Shown: positions 18,503 to 27,234, counted from the stretch's first letter. The stretch: 64,000 bases of DNA from Clostridia bacterium (GCA_041662985.1 JBAZRJ010000002.1:10826-74825); one strand, 5' to 3'. Program-made: numbers and translations. Notes: a model not told the origin generated them from the letters alone.

Positions 18503-18530
18503 AAAAGGAACCCTAAAGCATTGGTGGGGA
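18503..18530 (-). other. Stub of tRNA-Leu 3' end plus its 3' flank (copy B)
   Basis: aaaaggaaccctaaagcattggtgggga matches aaaacccgcaaaagcattggtgggga next to copy D (27321-27350). Only about 9 nt of the tRNA itself is retained. Confidence 0.55.
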
Positions 18531-18715
18531 AATATTCCCACATCGCTTCTTTTGCGCCAAACTTCATGAGCGACAACATTTCCCTACCGTTTTGACATTG
18601 CATTTGAGCGATGGTCTTATCATCAAAATTAATATGTTTCAATTTGTTCTCTTTCTTTGGTTTTGAATTTTACAACACCATTACATTCGAATAACCTTCA
18701 AATTTTTTGTCCGAT

Positions 18716-19771
18716 TTAAATTTTAATTACAAAAACAATAATAAAATATATGAACATTAATATCAACCCGATCGGAACCCCAACGGCAGCCCACTCACGC
18801 GATTTTATCTTAAGTTCGGTTGCAGTTATTATATTTGGTATATTTCCCGGAATCAAAATTCCTCCGCTTATCAATAAACCCAGCAGTATGCACTTGATTT
18901 GCATTACGGTCATAATCGGGCTTATTTCAGCAGCTGCCAATGTCGCATTGTCAAGTATCGCCGACAGAATATTTATCCAGTAAAGAAAGCAGCTATTAAA
19001 ATAAAAAATGTAATTATTAATCAAAGACTTAAAACCTGCGCCCAACATTTCCAAAGCAAAAATAAAGACAAATATCCTAAGCGCTCTAATAAAAATTGTA
19101 CTAACCTTTTCTTCTTCTCTCTCCTCCTCGATTGCTTCCTCTGACGTAGTGTGGTTTAAATTTTCATCCACTTCACTGTCACGCTTTATAGATATGGCTC
19201 CGAATATTCCCATTGCAAATATTCCGGGTATTATATACACACTCAGTTCTCTTAACAAGAAAAAGAAATCCTTGTTTAGCCTCGAAATAACTATTGTCGA
19301 AAGCGGCTCGCCTATTGGTGTCAACACAGCGCCCAGACCTATCGAAAAGCATGCAAAAACAGTAACCCTTATTTTGTCTTTACGATTTAACGGCAATACT
19401 TCGATTATCTCAACCAATACCAAAGATGCAATTATCGCGGTGATCAAACTTGACAGAAGACCTAAAATTATGATTGCCAGAGACACAAAGAGCTTTAATG
19501 ACATGTTTTTTAAAATACGCGCAATAATCTTTTTCATTCTTTTTTTCAGAATTCTGAATAATACACCGCAAATTAAAACGGCCAATGCAATAAAATAAAT
19601 CATTTTGTCGCATAATATTCCGACAAATAAATCCTTTGAAAGGACTCCGGCAACAATAACAGCAAAGAAGCCCATTATGAACAGGAAATATTCAAGGTTT
19701 CTCTCGATTATTTTAACTGTAAACGGCAATACGAACACCATTAAAAGTATAATTAGTAAACCAATAGTCAT
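18716..19771 (-). CDS. DUF1646-like polytopic membrane protein (putative cation transporter)
   Basis: 351 aa. The N-terminus MTIGLLIILLMVFVLPFTVKIIERNLEYFLFIMGFFA, the length, and two membrane halves separated by an acidic loop match my recollection of DUF1646. Not verified by search. Confidence 0.5.
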   Translation of the reverse strand: MTIGLLIILLMVFVLPFTVKIIERNLEYFLFIMGFFAVIVAGVLSKDLFVGILCDKMIYFIALAVLICGVLFRILKKRMKKIIARILKNMSLKLFVSLAIIILGLLSSLITAIIASLVLVEIIEVLPLNRKDKIRVTVFACFSIGLGAVLTPIGEPLSTIVISRLNKDFFFLLRELSVYIIPGIFAMGIFGAISIKRDSEVDENLNHTTSEEAIEEEREEEKVSTIFIRALRIFVFIFALEMLGAGFKSLINNYIFYFNSCFLYWINILSAILDNATLAAAEISPIMTVMQIKCILLGLLISGGILIPGNIPNIITATELKIKSREWAAVGVPIGLILMFIYFIIVFVIKI

Positions 19772-19786
19772 AATGTCCTCTTTCTG

Positions 19787-19857
19787 TTAAAGTTTCTCCC
19801 CTCTCGGGCAACAGCGGTTTTTTTATTTTGTGGACGGTTCTCGAAAACTGCCGCCTT
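19787..19857 (-). promoter_or_regulatory. Long bipartite hairpin in the leader of the DUF1646 gene (candidate DUF1646-motif / Na+-riboswitch-type element)
   Basis: Minus strand: CUCCCCUC-AAA-GGCGGCAG-(30-nt A-rich loop)-CUGUUGCC-CGA-GAGGGGAG. The hairpin ends 15 nt before the RBS of the DUF1646 gene and is not followed by a U-run. Confidence 0.4.
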
Positions 19858-19905
19858 TGAGGGGAGATTTAAACAACAACTTTTCAACAGCTTACTGATA
19901 TTAAA

Positions 19906-21948
19906 TCATTCCATATCCTGTAGTGCATCGTAGCCTTCCTCACCTGTCCGGACTCTGACTACATTTTCCACATCGTAAACAAATATTTTGCCGTCCCCTA
20001 TGTGTCCGGTGTAAAGAACTTCCTTAGCTGTATCAATCACTGTTTTTACCGGAACTTTTGCCACTACAATCTCAACCTGTATTTTCGGAAGCAGGTTTAT
20101 TTCCATCTCAACCCCGCGATAGTACTCTGTCCTGCCTTTCTGTACACCGAATCCAAGCACTTGCGTAACAGTCATTCCGGTTACTCCTATTTTATTCATC
20201 GCAATTTTCAATGCTTCAAATTTGCTTTGCTTTGTTATAATTTCAATTTTCGTAATCTTAACATCGGATGCGACTGATACCAACGGTCTCGAAATAAGTT
20301 CAACCGGTACGGCTCTGTCAATGTTCACTTTCCCCGAATCTTTTTCTATGTCGTGCGGAATGATATCTTTGCTTTTCCAATTAAATCTGGCAAGCTGTTT
20401 TATTTCAGCGTTGTCCTCCGAATCAAAATCAAGCTCGGATGCAACAAGCTGACTGTCGGGATAAGCAAGTACTCCCATTTCAGGAATATCAAGCCCTGCA
20501 AGTTCATCTTCCGGTTTTGATCTGATACCCCAGACTCTATCAAGAACTTTGAAAAACAGGTAAGATACCCCGAAGCCCCATACAAACAAAACAACTACAG
20601 CAACCATTTGTGCCCCGAGCTGTGAAGCATCGCCAAAAAGCAAACCCTTTACACCGCCCGCAACACCGTTAAAACCGCTTCCGTAAGAACCGTCTGCGAA
20701 CAATCCCAAGGAAACAACTCCCCACAGTCCATTTATACAGTGGACTGAAATCGCACCGACAGGATCATCGAGTTTTAACTTGTTCTCTACAAACGGAACT
20801 GCAACACATACTAAAATTCCGGCAATGAAACCGATAATAAGCGACGAGATTCCATTTACAAACGCACATGGCGCCGTTATTGCAACCAACCCTGCCAATG
20901 CACCGTTTGCGGTCATAGACGGATCCGGCTTGCTGAATTTTAACCACATATACATCATCGCCGTCAACCCTCCGATTGCACCGGCTATCATTGTATTCGT
21001 GGCAACAACAGATAGTCTGAAGTCTGATGCATTTAAAGTGGATCCCGCATTAAATGCAAACCAGCAAAAGAACAAAATTATTGTACCTATTATTGCCATC
21101 GGTATATTATGACCGGGAAAAGCTCTTGCAGTGCCGTCCTTTTTAAATTTACCTATTCTCGGTCCCAATACAATGGCTCCGGATAATGCTATCATGCCTC
21201 CCATTGAATGAACGACAGCCGAACCCGCAAAATCAACAACACCATGACCCAAGCCGAAGGTTTTTCCAAGAGTTGAAAGCCAGCCGCCACCCCATACCCA
21301 GTTTCCAAACAGCGGATACAAAATCATGGAAATAAAGAATGATGTTATTACCATTGCTGAATATTTGACTCTTTCAGCCATCGCACCTGTGGGAATTGTA
21401 ACCGTTGTATCCATAAAAACCATTTGAAAGAAGAACAGTGCATAGACTCCCGTATCATAAGTTCCGCTTAACAAAAACCCCTTATTGCCGACTATTCCGC
21501 CAAGACCCGGAATGGAAATCATTCCGTTTAGGACTCCGCCTCCGGAACCCAAACCGGCAGCACCGCCGGAGCCGCCAAACTGCAGTGCGAATCCAATTAG
21601 AAAGTATCCTATTGCTCCGACAAGGAATACCATAAAATTCATTGTAATAGTATGCGCCGCATTCTTCGCCCGGCAGAAACCGGTTTCAACCATGGCAAAT
21701 CCGCATTGAAAGAAAAACACCATGAAACCGCAAATCATTATCCACACATAATTTGAAGCGAACATTGCTTTGTTCGCTGTCGATGCAACATCTTTCAACG
21801 TCTCGCTTCCCTGAGGAACAGCCATCGAAGCGCCCGTGGGGTCAGCAACCGACGACGCTGCCGATACCAATGATGTCGTTAAAATAATAATTGTCGTTAT
21901 TATGCCAAACATTACAAGGATTTTAAAAATTTTTCTTGTTTTTTTCAT
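19906..21948 (-). CDS. amt: Ammonium transporter (Amt) fused to a C-terminal P-II (GlnB/GlnK) domain
   Basis: 680 aa: signal peptide, then about 11 TM helices with Amt motifs (FFQCGFAMVETG, DFAGSAVVHSMGG, VHCINGLWG). An ~85-aa acidic linker precedes a ~112-aa P-II domain (ITKIEIITKQSKFEALKIAMNKIGVTGMTVTQVLGFGVQKG...GDGKIFVYDVENVVRVRTGE). Confidence 0.85.
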   Translation of the reverse strand: MKKTRKIFKILVMFGIITTIIILTTSLVSAASSVADPTGASMAVPQGSETLKDVASTANKAMFASNYVWIMICGFMVFFFQCGFAMVETGFCRAKNAAHTITMNFMVFLVGAIGYFLIGFALQFGGSGGAAGLGSGGGVLNGMISIPGLGGIVGNKGFLLSGTYDTGVYALFFFQMVFMDTTVTIPTGAMAERVKYSAMVITSFFISMILYPLFGNWVWGGGWLSTLGKTFGLGHGVVDFAGSAVVHSMGGMIALSGAIVLGPRIGKFKKDGTARAFPGHNIPMAIIGTIILFFCWFAFNAGSTLNASDFRLSVVATNTMIAGAIGGLTAMMYMWLKFSKPDPSMTANGALAGLVAITAPCAFVNGISSLIIGFIAGILVCVAVPFVENKLKLDDPVGAISVHCINGLWGVVSLGLFADGSYGSGFNGVAGGVKGLLFGDASQLGAQMVAVVVLFVWGFGVSYLFFKVLDRVWGIRSKPEDELAGLDIPEMGVLAYPDSQLVASELDFDSEDNAEIKQLARFNWKSKDIIPHDIEKDSGKVNIDRAVPVELISRPLVSVASDVKITKIEIITKQSKFEALKIAMNKIGVTGMTVTQVLGFGVQKGRTEYYRGVEMEINLLPKIQVEIVVAKVPVKTVIDTAKEVLYTGHIGDGKIFVYDVENVVRVRTGEEGYDALQDME

Positions 21949-22002
21949 AAAACCACCTCTTTTAATTATTTGATAAGCCTGTAGTTTAAAAGCAGTTAGA
22001 AC

Positions 22003-22299
22003 TCATTTCTTTTTTTCTCTTTTAAAGTTGCTCCATGAAAACTTTGATGATGTTTTGTAAACTTCAATCTTCAATTTTCGTACCGCCAAAAAATATCTTA
22101 TTCCCAAAAATAGAATAACCACTCCGAAAACAGCACCGGGAACAGAGTTATTTAAAACCGTAAAACTGACCCCGCAGATTATGCTATAAACTGTCAGCGA
22201 AGCACCCAGCATTGTAATTGCGACTGAAGTCATAAAAAGAATCATAATTGAAACAAATTTACTTTTAGCAGCCGGCTTTATTTCTGCTTGTGTATGCAT
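22003..22299 (-). CDS. Small membrane protein (3 TM), unknown function, first gene upstream of amt
   Basis: 98 aa with a strong RBS (GAAGGAGG), hydrophobic helices and a basic C-terminus. 54 nt upstream of amt. Confidence 0.5.
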   Translation of the reverse strand: MHTQAEIKPAAKSKFVSIMILFMTSVAITMLGASLTVYSIICGVSFTVLNNSVPGAVFGVVILFLGIRYFLAVRKLKIEVYKTSSKFSWSNFKREKKK

Positions 22300-22423
22300 A
22301 ATGTCACCTCCTTCTCTTTTTTATGTAGAACCTTTTTATAGTTTTTGCAATCCGTAGTAATAATTGTTCCATTTTTTGTTCATGCTCCGTTTGTTCAATT
22401 ACTGTCAGTCTGCAAAAAACTAT

Positions 22424-22471
22424 ATAAAAAAACACACTCCTTCACGAAGATTATACTCTTCGACGAGTGCG
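22424..22471 (-). terminator. Strong stem-loop plus U-run about 125 nt upstream of the small-ORF/amt operon
   Basis: Minus strand: CGCACUCGUCGAAGA-guauaa-UCUUCGUGAAGGAGUGUG followed by UUUUUUU. Confidence 0.6.
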
Positions 22472-22670
22472 TTCCGCTCACTTCCGCAAACATTATGTCC
22501 CAATGCCTGCCGATTCAATTATCATGATTTTAACACAGGTATAAAATTAATGCAATGCTTTTTTGTATATTTTTGCAATATTTTATTACCTATCCTGCAT
22601 TTCGCCATTTTGGGTAACGAGTTCATGGAATTGCAAAAAACTCATGATTCCCGGAATTGTGAAATATTAT

Positions 22671-22919
22671 TCATATTGTTGAAGTTGTCAATGAATAGTT
22701 GCTAACCTCTACACTTTTGGCATTTATCCGATATGCTCTAACTTTGTAATAGTAGATCTGGCCGTCTTTAAGGCCTTTATTGGTGAAACTCAATGATTTA
22801 GTATTTGCAATATAAGAATACTGTGTTTTGGCGGATTTTAAACGGTATAATTTGTATTCGGTAGCGCCGGTCGATTTACTCCACGATATTTTGATACTAT
22901 TTGCACCTATCTTCTTCAC
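22671..22919 (-). pseudogene. C-terminal fibronectin type III fragment of a truncated gene
   Basis: ...IKISWSKSTGATEYKLYRLKSAKTQYSYIANTKSLSFTNKGLKDGQIYYYKVRAY is a single FN3 domain. The reading frame continues upstream directly into IS3 transposase-derived sequence, with no signal peptide or N-terminus of its own. Confidence 0.65.
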
Positions 22920-23644
22920 TTTTGATTTGATACCCGCGAGTTTGCAGCATTTGTGAGCAAGGTTATCCGAAAAAATCCATCCCGTTTTGATTTTAATTGC
23001 TTTTGCGAGGTTATGATAACCTTTTGTTTTATGTTTTATATGCTCTTCTTCAAGAAGTTTTGTAAGTGATATGCGGTCTTACTCATACCGATTTGGCTTA
23101 TCTTTCCGAGATGTCCATTTGTAATACCCGGAACGATTTAGACTCATTAAATCACAAGGAAATTTTATGGTATATTTTCTTTTTAAGGTTTCCACAATTT
23201 CGTATTCGCATCTTTTAAAATAACGTATTCCTTGCTTACACCAGCTCCTTTCACCGAATACCCTTTTTTAACCGCTCTATTTCAACTTCCTGCTTTGCAA
23301 TTATTAAACGAAGCCGCTCCTCTTCCGTAAGGTTCTTACTAATGTGTAATGCTGCAAATCGATTTCCCTTACTCTTTTGTTCTAATCCAATTTCGCCTAA
23401 ATCAATATAGCGTTTTACCCATTTGCAGATTAAGCTATGGTTTGCTTTTTCTTCATTTTAAGCGTTTTAACAGAAACATGTTCTTCTAGATGCCTTTTTA
23501 CAATCCTCAGTTTCTCTTCTTTGCTCCAATTCCTGAATTTTTGCCCCTTGCTTGCCATTTTTTCATCTCCTCATTTTTATTATACCAAAAGAAAAGTAGA
23601 CTCTATCTTTTTTGATAGTGTCTACTTTTATCTTACTAGTGCAA
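22920..23644 (-). mobile_element. Decayed IS3-family insertion sequence (left end, frameshifted orfA, first ~70 codons of orfB; DDE domain deleted)
   Basis: My translation: MASKGQKFRNWSKEEKLRIVKRHLEEHVSVKTL, then a frameshift, then ..SLICKWVKRYIDLGEIGLEQKSKGNRFAAL...EEERLRLIIAKQEVEIERLKKG. The next frame reads ...KFPCDLMSLNRSGYYKWTSRKDKPNRYE*DRISLTKLLEEEHIKHKTKGYHNLAKAIK...LAHKCCKLAGIKSKV (IS3/IS150-type OrfA plus the HTH_21 start of OrfB). A TG... terminus lies near 23644, with a 16-bp hairpin at 23597-23634. Confidence 0.75.
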
Positions 23645-23696
23645 ATTTAATCCGAGGTTCTCTTTAACAATAGATTTTGTTTATTTTCAGTTCCAT

Positions 23697-25493
23697 CTAC
23701 TTTATTGCGACTTTGCATTTAGCACTTTTCTTTCCATCAACCGTATATACATAAATATATGTCGTTCCCTTCTTAATCCCTTTAACAATTCCCTTTGAGC
23801 TAACGGTTGCAATACTTTTGTTCCCTGATTTCCAAGTAACTCTCTTATTATTTGCATTCGAAGGATTAATGGTTGGTATTAATTTGTATGTTTTGCCATT
23901 TTTTATCGTTATACCAGTCTTGTTTAGTTTTACGCTTTTTACTGGTTGTGTAACCGTTACTCTGCAGGTTGCAGTTTTGCCTCCGCTAATTGTTGTTGCA
24001 GTTATATTGGCTATTCCTCGTCCTTTTGCAGTCACTTTACCAGTTGAGGAAATCATTGCAATCTTAGCGTCACTTGATTTCCATGTGATACCAATGTTAC
24101 CTGCATATGATGGAGCCACCGTCGTTGTTAATTGCAATGTCTGGCTAACATTAAGATTTGCCGTATTCTTATTTAGGTTTACATTTGCCGGTACTATATT
24201 ATTATCATATACAACAAAATTTACCTGATTACTATCGATTGAACCAAACTGATTCCATGTTGTAAAATAAACAGAATAGTTGCCCGGTTCAGAAAATTTT
24301 CTTGTAGTTGAATTTATATTATTACAACTGGCTGAATCAATTCTTGTTCCATCTTTGTCAATTCCAAGTGTAAAAAATACAGTATTATTAGCATCAAATT
24401 TAAAAGTTTCATCTTCTCCAACTAATACCCTTTGCTTTGTTACCGAAATCTCAGCTGATGAAGGGGGTATGCTTGTATCAACAACCTTAAACCTAACATG
24501 TGAACTATCAATACTACCAATTTTATTCCAAGAGGTAAAATACACATCATATTCTCCGACTTCAGAAAATGATTTATCAATCCAAGGCAAGTAATTGCAT
24601 GGTACCCCAGTGAAACTACCACCTACTTTTTGAATGCCAAGAGTATAATACACAGTGTTTTCAGCTGAAAATCTAATTCTTATATTTTCGCCGGGCAGAA
24701 CTCTTGTTTCGGAGAGAGAAATCTTCGCAGAAGATGGTGCCAGGGAAGTATTTGCAACTTTAAAATAGACCATCAAACTATCCTTGCTGCCCGAACCATT
24801 CCAAGCGGTAATCCACGCAGTATATTCTCCGGATTGAGAAAATGATCTTTGATAAGAGTTACTATGAATTTCTTTTGACTCAACAAGTGTGCCACCATTT
24901 ACAATTGTTATGGCATAAGTAGTGGCAGTATCGCTAAAAAATGTGAATTTAGCAGTTTGTCCAACTTCATATAAATAACTATCTCTTACAAGAGTTGCAT
25001 ATGTTGGTGCAGAAATAGGTTGTACATTTATATCCTTAAAGTGTATATATCCACTCGCATTATATTTGTTTACGTCTCTTTCATGAAATAGCCCGTCTCC
25101 CCAATTGTATTCTTCGATATGAACTGTGTCTCCATTTACTGTTTCAACCCAGGCAACATGCCCCCCAGCCTCCCAGTATACAGATCCAATTGTTGGATTC
25201 ATGTCTACTGTTTTACCCAATTCGCCTGCCCTAGTCGCCCAAAGATTTGCGTTCCAGTCCTTACTCCCATGCACAATATCATATCCATTTCGAGAAGAAA
25301 GACACCAAGCAACGAATGATGTACATTCACGATTATACATTCCCCAATTATCAACTAAGGAATCCATTGCTGTATTTTTCCAAACTGCAGGATAAGTATC
25401 TCCTGTGCTATATGCATATACGTGCGTATTTGCAAATAATAAGGAAACAGATATTGCAACTACTAAAAATACGCTTATAATTCTTTTTTTCAT
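23697..25493 (-). CDS. Secreted CHAP-domain amidase/peptidase with three Ig-like repeats and two Big_2 domains
   Basis: 598 aa with a signal peptide. CHAP catalytic context is NRECTSFVAWCL...GGHVAWVETVNGDTVHIEEYN. Three ~95-aa repeats follow, then Big_2 x2, ending KGTTYIYVYTVDGKKSAKCKVAIK. Confidence 0.8.
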   Translation of the reverse strand: MKKRIISVFLVVAISVSLLFANTHVYAYSTGDTYPAVWKNTAMDSLVDNWGMYNRECTSFVAWCLSSRNGYDIVHGSKDWNANLWATRAGELGKTVDMNPTIGSVYWEAGGHVAWVETVNGDTVHIEEYNWGDGLFHERDVNKYNASGYIHFKDINVQPISAPTYATLVRDSYLYEVGQTAKFTFFSDTATTYAITIVNGGTLVESKEIHSNSYQRSFSQSGEYTAWITAWNGSGSKDSLMVYFKVANTSLAPSSAKISLSETRVLPGENIRIRFSAENTVYYTLGIQKVGGSFTGVPCNYLPWIDKSFSEVGEYDVYFTSWNKIGSIDSSHVRFKVVDTSIPPSSAEISVTKQRVLVGEDETFKFDANNTVFFTLGIDKDGTRIDSASCNNINSTTRKFSEPGNYSVYFTTWNQFGSIDSNQVNFVVYDNNIVPANVNLNKNTANLNVSQTLQLTTTVAPSYAGNIGITWKSSDAKIAMISSTGKVTAKGRGIANITATTISGGKTATCRVTVTQPVKSVKLNKTGITIKNGKTYKLIPTINPSNANNKRVTWKSGNKSIATVSSKGIVKGIKKGTTYIYVYTVDGKKSAKCKVAIK

Positions 25494-25596
25494 TGTTTAC
25501 CTCTTTCTGAGAATTAAATGATTTCTATTTTCTGATTTTTCAGTAACCCAGAGTATCTTAACTTCCGTAATAAAATCCCTAGGTGGATTATTAATT

Positions 25597-26919
25597 TTAT
25601 TTTATTGTTACTTTGCATTTAGCAGTTTTTTTACCGTCAACAGTATAGACATAAATATTAACAATTCCCTTCTTAATTGCTTTGACGACGCCGGTTGAAC
25701 TTACCTTTGCAATTCTATAATTGCCTGTTTTCCATGTAACTCTTTTATTGCTGGCGTTTGAAGGACTTATATATGCTATGAGTTTGTAAGTTTTGCCCTT
25801 TTTTATCGTAAGATTCGATTTGTTTAACTTTACGCTACTTACTGGCTGTAAAATTGTAAATGTATAAGATTTAACTTCGCTGTCTCCGCCATCACGACTT
25901 GCTTGAGCTTCAAATGTATATTTCCCTGGTGTTAACGACCATTTTGAAAAATCCCAAGTATTGCTTTGCGAATCAACAAAACTTAGCGCAATTGCTTTTC
26001 CGACATTATCATAAAGCGCATACCATATTCTGGTCCCATCGGTATTAACTGAAATCTGTGGCCCAAGTTTAGATGGCACCGCCGTTAAAGTTATTGATAC
26101 ACCTATAATAAAAGTATAACTTTTAGTCTCACTATTAAGACCATTGCTACTTGCTTGGGCTTCAAATTTGTATTTACCTTTTGCAAGCGACCATTTTGAA
26201 AAATCCCAAGTATTGCTTTGCGAATCAACAAAACTTAGCGCAATTGCTTTTCCGACATTATCAAAAAGCGCATACCATATTCTGGTCCCATTCGTGACAA
26301 CTGTTATCTGAGGTCCTAAAACAGATGGCAGTGCAGTTAAAGCAATTGATGGAGGCGTATTTGAAAAATCTCCTATGTAGACATACCCTAAAAACCCTCC
26401 GCTTTGGAGTGCTGCGATAGACATTGTCGCAATTCTTGTATAGCCATAGCTCGCATAGGAAGCAACATTGTAACCACCTTCGCTGATTGTCACTGTATCT
26501 CCATTCACAATTTCAACAACACGTACATGCCCCTGATAGCATGCCAACGCCTTAGCCTTTACTGTTTGTCCTTTCGTAAAACCATACCTACTATATTGAT
26601 TGTTGTACCAGTTGGCACCATCATAAATAACATTATTTACTCCTGTAAGCTGGTTTACTCGAGCCGAAGCGAACCAAGCACATCCCGACGATGTGTATGC
26701 GTATTGTCCGTATGAATATGTGGCAAATGTGGTATAAGGTGCTGCATTAATATTTATATTAATACCGTTTAACCCGTTTGCATAAATACCATTTTGAGCG
26801 GTTGCTAAAGCTTTACATGGAGCGATCAAATTCGTAAAAAACAGTATAATCAAAAGATACATAAATATTTTCTTATTAACTCTAAATAAAAAACTCTTTT
26901 CAATGGTTCCATTATTCAT
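25597..26919 (-). CDS. Secreted CHAP/NlpC-like amidase with two 84-aa tandem repeats and one Big_2 domain
   Basis: 440 aa with an AGGAGG RBS. ...TSSGCAWFASARVNQL...YQGHVRVVEIVNGDTVTISEGG gives the Cys/His papain-like pair. Two near-identical repeats follow, and the Big_2 domain ends KGIVNIYVYTVDGKKTAKCKVTIK. Confidence 0.75.
   Translation of the reverse strand: MNNGTIEKSFLFRVNKKIFMYLLIILFFTNLIAPCKALATAQNGIYANGLNGINININAAPYTTFATYSYGQYAYTSSGCAWFASARVNQLTGVNNVIYDGANWYNNQYSRYGFTKGQTVKAKALACYQGHVRVVEIVNGDTVTISEGGYNVASYASYGYTRIATMSIAALQSGGFLGYVYIGDFSNTPPSIALTALPSVLGPQITVVTNGTRIWYALFDNVGKAIALSFVDSQSNTWDFSKWSLAKGKYKFEAQASSNGLNSETKSYTFIIGVSITLTAVPSKLGPQISVNTDGTRIWYALYDNVGKAIALSFVDSQSNTWDFSKWSLTPGKYTFEAQASRDGGDSEVKSYTFTILQPVSSVKLNKSNLTIKKGKTYKLIAYISPSNASNKRVTWKTGNYRIAKVSSTGVVKAIKKGIVNIYVYTVDGKKTAKCKVTIK
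25860..26360 (-). repeat. 252-bp tandem duplication inside the CHAP-like CDS
   Basis: gaccattttgaaaaatcccaagtattgctttgcgaatcaacaaaacttagcgcaattgcttttccgacattatca... occurs at 25937 and again at 26189. It is identical over about 95 bp, with a period of 252 bp (84 aa). Confidence 0.85.
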
Positions 26920-27068
26920 CTTTGAGTCCTCCTAAATTTGTGATTCGCTTAATAAACAAATCCAAATTAAACAAATTTAAATAGTTAATATGTCTTCCCT
27001 GTGAAATATTGTCTTTTGTATTTTTTAAAAAATCGATTTGAAAAAAAGATTCTAAATTTTCATATATA

Positions 27069-27077
27069 ACTATATCA
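27069..27077 (-). promoter_or_regulatory. Extended -10-like element TGaTATAGT upstream of the CHAP-like gene
   Basis: Minus strand reads ATGATATAGT about 150 nt upstream of ATG 26919. The surrounding sequence (tatatcatattcccttacatttcaatacgattttt) is homologous to 29728-29762, upstream of the LRR gene. Confidence 0.35.
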
Positions 27078-27173
27078 TATTCCCTTACATTTCAATACGA
27101 TTTTTATATAAAAACCCTATCAGTTAAATAAATCATAAAAAAATAACTAGGGTATTTACTCAGTAATTTAATT

Positions 27174-27234
27174 TGGGTGGGCATAGTCGGAGTCGAATTA
27201 ACAAGGTATTGCTACCGACGGATTTTCAATCCGC
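27174..27234 (-). pseudogene. Degenerate tRNA 3'-half fragment (copy C)
   Basis: tgggtgggcatagtcggagtcgaattaacaaggtattgctaccgacggattttcaatccgc retains the GGAGTCGAA T-loop core and a long variable arm. The T stem no longer pairs and the 5' half is absent. A further vestige of the same type lies at 29783-29815. Confidence 0.55.

Noticed and set aside
18534-18690. Small minus-strand ORF (LKHINFDDKTIAQMQCQNGREMLSLMKFGAKEAMWEYFPTNALGFLLSANKG) reading through tRNA stub B, possibly a gene remnant next to an att site
   Set aside because: About 52 codons, no convincing RBS and no motif I can assign. It cannot be distinguished from chance in AT-rich DNA.
22330-22375. Sigma-54 (TGGaac...TTGCa) or TnrA/GlnR box upstream of the amt operon
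   Set aside because: GG-to-GC spacing is about 22 nt instead of the 12 required. No 17-bp TGTNAN7TNACA match survives inspection.
22470-22500. Resemblance of GCGGAAGUGAGCGGAACGCA (amt leader, minus strand) to conserved CGGAAGU / GGAACGC blocks of the glutamine (glnA RNA) riboswitch
   Set aside because: The segment is far too short to form the three-stem glnA RNA fold. No CGUUC P1 partner is present, and that class is known mainly from cyanobacteria and marine metagenomes. Treated as coincidence.
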